DNA of 55,723 bases, counting the filler, from Platydemus manokwari (Eukaryota): assembly GCA_037951405.1 (NCBI GenBank). It is 5 parts of 5 records of this genome, joined end to end, with 100 filler letters (N's around TTAATTAATTAA, not from the genome) between each part and the next. Parts side by side here need not be neighbours in the genome. Positions count along the whole stretch, not along the records: positions 46,291 to 55,723 come from JBBMOY011249985.1; 4 more parts are not named here. One strand, 5' to 3'. A program made the position numbers and the translations under genes. Below the pieces are notes generated by a model. The model was not told the DNA's origin. It saw nothing but the letters and a program-made list of their open reading frames with translations, and ran no database searches. Within the stretch, counting starts at the first letter, position 1. Every line of letters starts with the position of its first letter. Shown here piece by piece: positions 50,861 to 55,723 of this stretch.

Positions 50861-53489
50861 TAAAAGCACGTTATATCTGTTTAAATAATAATTCGCGAGA
50901 AAGTTCTGTTAATACCAACGACGTAACTAATACAAGAAGAATTAGTCGAACTAGAGCAAGGCAAGCCTTGTTAAAGTTGCTTTTCAGTCGGATTAGAATT
51001 GTAGTGTTGATTGCTTAAAAATTAGAGGAGTGGATCCCTGTCAGTGATGATAGATTTTTTATGTAATAGAAAAATCGACATAAGGATTTCATCATATATT
51101 GGTGTATAATATTTAATAGAGTATAATATTTTAATGAATGTCTATTTCGAAAAGCACTCATTGAATACGAACTGAAAAGTCCTCGATACCAACTTACAAT
51201 CGTTCAAACAAATTAAACTTTTATTTCGAATTTCAATCCATTATGAATCATCATTTGTGTCAAAGAAAATAATTTTTCAATTTAATATACAACCGAATAA
51301 GTATAAAACTATGTTATTTTAACAATCATGTACTCTAAAACAAAATAAAAGCGAAAATATAGTGAAAAATTTATTTGGAAAATTTTGTTGAAATAATGAT
51401 CAATAATAATTATGACTTGTTGACACACATTACTATCATATTTAATGATTTTATGTATTCTATTTGAACAGGACCTCCCATAAACCTCACAATTAATAAC
51501 TGTCTAGCTGTAAACCACAAGTCCTCTTGCAAAATTGTGCGTTTGATAATTGTCCATCAACTGCTTCTAGACTGCCTGTCTCTCACACTGATTAGTTAAC
51601 AAATTATTTTTAAATATTCCTTAAATTAATTTGGTTTTTTTTAACACATATTTTTTTGCTATTGTTGGCTTTTTAAATTCATTTTAAAGTCCTGACATTA
51701 CCTTTGTCTAGCTTTTATTAAGCATTACCTACTGTCAAAACGATTATGGCATGACAATGATGATGATCATTTATTAAAATCGACAACAACACCTTTCGAA
51801 TATAAAAATGTATTATATTTACAGCAATCAATTAAAATTAGTTTGATACTACTTCAACACATTCCAAATCTTCTATACAAATGTTTAAAATTCACAGAAA
51901 AGCTTTATGATTAATAAGCTTCATAGAGTAGTAAAACCGTTTTAAGAATTGGCATTCTTTAATAAATGTGAAATATACGATATATAATAAATATAATCAC
52001 ATGGTATTTTATAAATACGATATATACGTTATTCTGATTTCCGACACAGAAATATCCTTCCTCCCCTGGAATGTCATTGTGTCATTGGTATCACCTATTA
52101 TTGTACTGTTTTAAATAGCAAAATGTGCATGCAATAATTGTGTCCACTGGTTCATATAGGCATTGATGAGACCCTCGTAGAAATTCTCTAAGATTATTTA
52201 TTATTTGCTTGCATGCTTGAATTTATTATGATAAAATATACGATTAAATATATTGATGCGGACAAATTATCTATGATTAAATTCGTAATCTGCACGATAA
52301 TTGATAAATTATATTTTCGGGTGATTAAATTTATTCAGCGTGATTATCGAATTTTTTTATTCGTTTTAATGAGTTAATTGCAAAAGACTCTCGTGGTTTT
52401 GAAAGTTTCGATTATTAACTTAGAATTGCTGATCATTATTATAAACTTGTCATGTATCATATTACTATTGAGATTTGCTCAAACTAACATCTTCAGGCAT
52501 TTGGTTAAAGCTCCAAGATAAGGAAATTATTAACCGTTCTTTTCTCCGGTACTTTACTAGGATTATCATGCAAGATTTAATTGTATATAGCAGTTTTAAA
52601 ATCATTGTTAATTATAATTTTTATATTTATTGTAAACCTTGTATTATTCAATAAATATTAGTGTATCGAGTTGTTTATTGATCGAGTAGTTAATAATATT
52701 TAATTGTATAAAAATCATAGGTGTCCACGAGTATAATGATATTGAAATTTATAATAAAATACTCAGGATCATTGTTGTAGCACATATTATCTTCATATAA
52801 TATCGTTGCGCGAGGTGAAGAAATTTGTACTCAGGCTTTATGTAGCAGAAATTGGAACATCTTTCATTTATTTTTGAATTAAATAAGCTGCATTTAGATA
52901 AGTCAGATTATAATCCCGATAACATCATCCCATAACCACATAAATTTAATATTTTGGATTAAATTATTGAAATAAATTTATAAACCTCAAATGAGAGATT
53001 TTTACAAACGAAAATGAAAATGATAATAAGAACCTTCTGGTATATATTTACAAATCCAAATTAAGATATTAACCAAAGTTCGCTAAATATAAAGTATAAA
53101 TGTATTAAAGTCACTATAAGCTGCAATTTATTAATAAAAATAAATTGAATTTTCATAAAAGATCAATATTATAATTTTTCTAAACTTGACATTTTTAAAG
53201 TCAAATCTGAATTCTTATTTAGGCTTATTAACTATATTTTTTAAATATATTTAATTAGTTTAATTTTATAAACTATTTCAATTTAAAATTTTCTTCAAAA
53301 ATTACATATTATGTATAAATTAAAATTTTATTGTTTATTATTATTTTAAATAATTATAAAATTGACAAGGAGATATAAAAATTTAAAACATCTTCGAAAT
53401 TCATTTGTTTATTTTCATTTGTTTAAATGTTTAAATTTTAAGTTTAGTATTAATATAGTTTATTTGATTCCAACACTGTATTGTGAAAA

Positions 53490-55012
53490 ATGACAAATTC
53501 CAATTCCTGTCTGATAATTGTTAATAATATTTTGAAAGACTATGTCGAAACTTTTCCTCAATACTTATCACAAGGTAAATGTTGTTTGATATAATTCTTC
53601 ATTTAATTTGATTTATAATTTTAGGATTCGAAAAGTTGTCGGAAATTTTACCAAATATCACAACGACCATTCAAAATTGCAGTACCTTTGATTGGGGCAA
53701 TCAAAAGAGTATTATAATTGTTTTATCACCGTTTACTTTTCATATGAAAGCTCTATATCTTCACAGGATTCCATATTAACATTTAACTACTTTTCGTATA
53801 TTAACATATTTCCCAATACCTTAGGCTTTGGATATTATTTTAGTTCTTATATTGAGATATCAAACATTCGCTTATTTCAGACATTTAGTCATAATCATAT
53901 CTAGAAAAAATTGTCGCATTTTCTTTGTTTGTGTGCATTCAGTTTGTGTGTTCGATTATTTCATGCTTGTCATCTTCGTTACTTGTTTTCAATTCGCGTT
54001 AATTCATGAATCATCACTTGATAGAAACCCTTTCATACAAAAGTAAAACGTTTAAAAATTCGTATTGCTAATTGGTTTTCATTTCATATGATTACTAATA
54101 TTTATGTAATTAACTTTTTCGATGAATAATTCTCTAATGTCTCCGAGCCTGTGTATCACAGTCATAACACTCTATAATTATTCACCAATAGAAATCGTTT
54201 ATCTTATTGTCTGCTTTATTTGGCTTCAAATCAAATATTCCTGTAGCTGTCTAATATAACCAATTTGTATTTTTAAATATTAATCAATATACAAATATTG
54301 ATAAAAATTAATTATTCAGAAAATACATTATATAATGCAATATTATTATTATTTTAAAGTTATTAGAATTCCCCCAATACAATTTCAAAGACAGAATTTT
54401 TCAGATTCTCGATTAATAATATGAAGCGAAAAATATATTAGTAATAGTTTTAATTGGATACTCACCATATTCAAAAATTAATCATTTCCACCATATTCTA
54501 CTTATCTGTGTTTACAAATATATTACAAACATGTAATCAGAAGATGTGATTGTGTGTGTATGCTTGTTATCATTTCTTTTTTATTGACGTCAATTTATAT
54601 GCACACGGTTATACCAATTTAACTTTCTCTCCTTTAAATGGATTTTTTCTTTCCCTGATAAATGAGTTTAAGAAAATCAATAGATGAAATAAATTTATTT
54701 CTAGACATTATAAAAAAATTATAGACTGACAATGATAATTGTTTAATTTTGAAATTCTTAGATAAAATCGAATTCAATGATAAAGACGCGAACATCAATC
54801 TACAAATAGTGGTTCAACCCACATATCACGAGCTGAAAGAAGCAATAACCAATATTATCGAAATCGAAGATATAAAAGAAAAATACATCGTCTACGTTGG
54901 CAGTCATGGGGCTGGTTATTCGTCAGACTGGTTATTGGTTGACGGTATTTTTTCGGCGAGCAGCATTCTCACAATTCTCAATGAAACGTCTTGGAAAGGA
55001 AATGATTCAATG
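53490..55012 (+). CDS. MAP1 / futsch-like microtubule-associated protein, N-terminal exons; 3'-incomplete
   Basis: Exons 53490-53574, 53625-53681 (donor uncertain) and 54762-55012 join in phase 1/1. SCLIIV...LSQGF and IVVQPTYHELKEAITNII...KYIVYVG...SDWLLVDGIFS resemble the MAP1A/B/S-futsch N-terminal domain (LIHP...HIIHAG...GSWILQDGTFS). Downstream exons not resolved. Confidence 0.65.
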
Positions 55013-55723
55013 GTAAATCAAGAAAATTATAATATAATTGTATTTGCCAAAGCAAATGACCTCTTAAAATTTTGCATTTAAAATAATTTCCCTTTAAATT
55101 GTTTTAAAATCATCTTAGTATGGGGTTATTGATGATAAATGTCAAAAAATGATTCTGCTAGTGGACACTTTAATCACTCCAATGATTCATCAGAAAATAT
55201 CAGATATTTGATATATAACCATTTGGTTGGGATTTTGATTGTGTGCTGAAATTTTAGAATTTCTATTCGACTTACATGCCCACTTGTTGTTTCTATGATT
55301 CAGGTGGTAGTTGGCGTTTGATAATTTTTGGTTCACCATCAAATAAATATTTCCCAAATGACAATGTCCTTTTTTATCTTAATTATTTGTCGTGGAATAA
55401 TATTCCTTTTTATCTTTCATTATTAGCTTTAATATTTTATATAACTATGCCAAATATTAAAATCGAAATAGAAACTCTTCAATTCCCTGATATATTCTAA
55501 GAATTAAATATCATATTATTTATTTAACTGAAAAATATCGAAACCAGATGACGGTTATGAGATAATAAAGAGTTCAATGCGATATCTATTTAATTTAAAT
55601 TTCGGGAATATCGTATTTATGTGTTATTTTTATTACATAAAGATTTGCAAATTTTATAAATCTTAATCGTATTTTTAATGATTTGAGGTTTTGTAAAATA
55701 AATATGTAAAATTTAGTAAAATG

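Noticed and set aside
52700-52790. TRGH motif on the minus strand suggesting a CR1 LINE 3' end
   Set aside because: A four-residue match without supporting context.
1-55723. A coherent novel multi-gene system linking GGA, APC2, MRPS28 and MAP1
   Set aside because: The genes are functionally unrelated housekeeping families, mostly on separate blocks divided by artificial spacers; nothing in the sequence ties them together.

Overview
Very AT-rich eukaryotic (animal-like) genomic DNA with short (~45-60 nt) GT-AG introns, (AAT)n microsatellites and many decayed transposons. This resembles a triclad flatworm genome, but the taxon is an inference. The window is five sequence blocks joined by four identical artificial 100-nt spacers (44 N + TTAATTAATTAA + 44 N), so adjacency across spacers is unproven. 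By manual splicing and translation I can support: (1) the 3' seven exons of a minus-strand GGA adaptor gene (GAT end, hinge, GAE; 13105-23519), whose 5' VHS part I could not find; (2) a complete three-exon MRPS28 gene (47527-48350); (3) the first three exons of a MAP1/futsch-like gene (53490-55012); (4) an intron-free, disabled ANAPC2 (APC2) fragment (~44510-45195); (5) a weaker unidentified exon chain near 35.1-35.8 kb. The rest is TE debris: a full-length decayed pogo/Tigger element with TIRs and TA duplication, two Charlie-type hAT derivatives, a mariner end, several Ty3/Gypsy remnants and non-LTR scraps. I found no RNA gene, no CRISPR array and no convincing novel multi-gene system. The best leads are the APC2 pseudogene, two stop-free 3n introns in GGA, the RT-core-deleted Gypsy copies, the extended MRPS28 N-terminus and the orphan exon chain. 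All family assignments rest on motifs recalled from memory, not on database searches.
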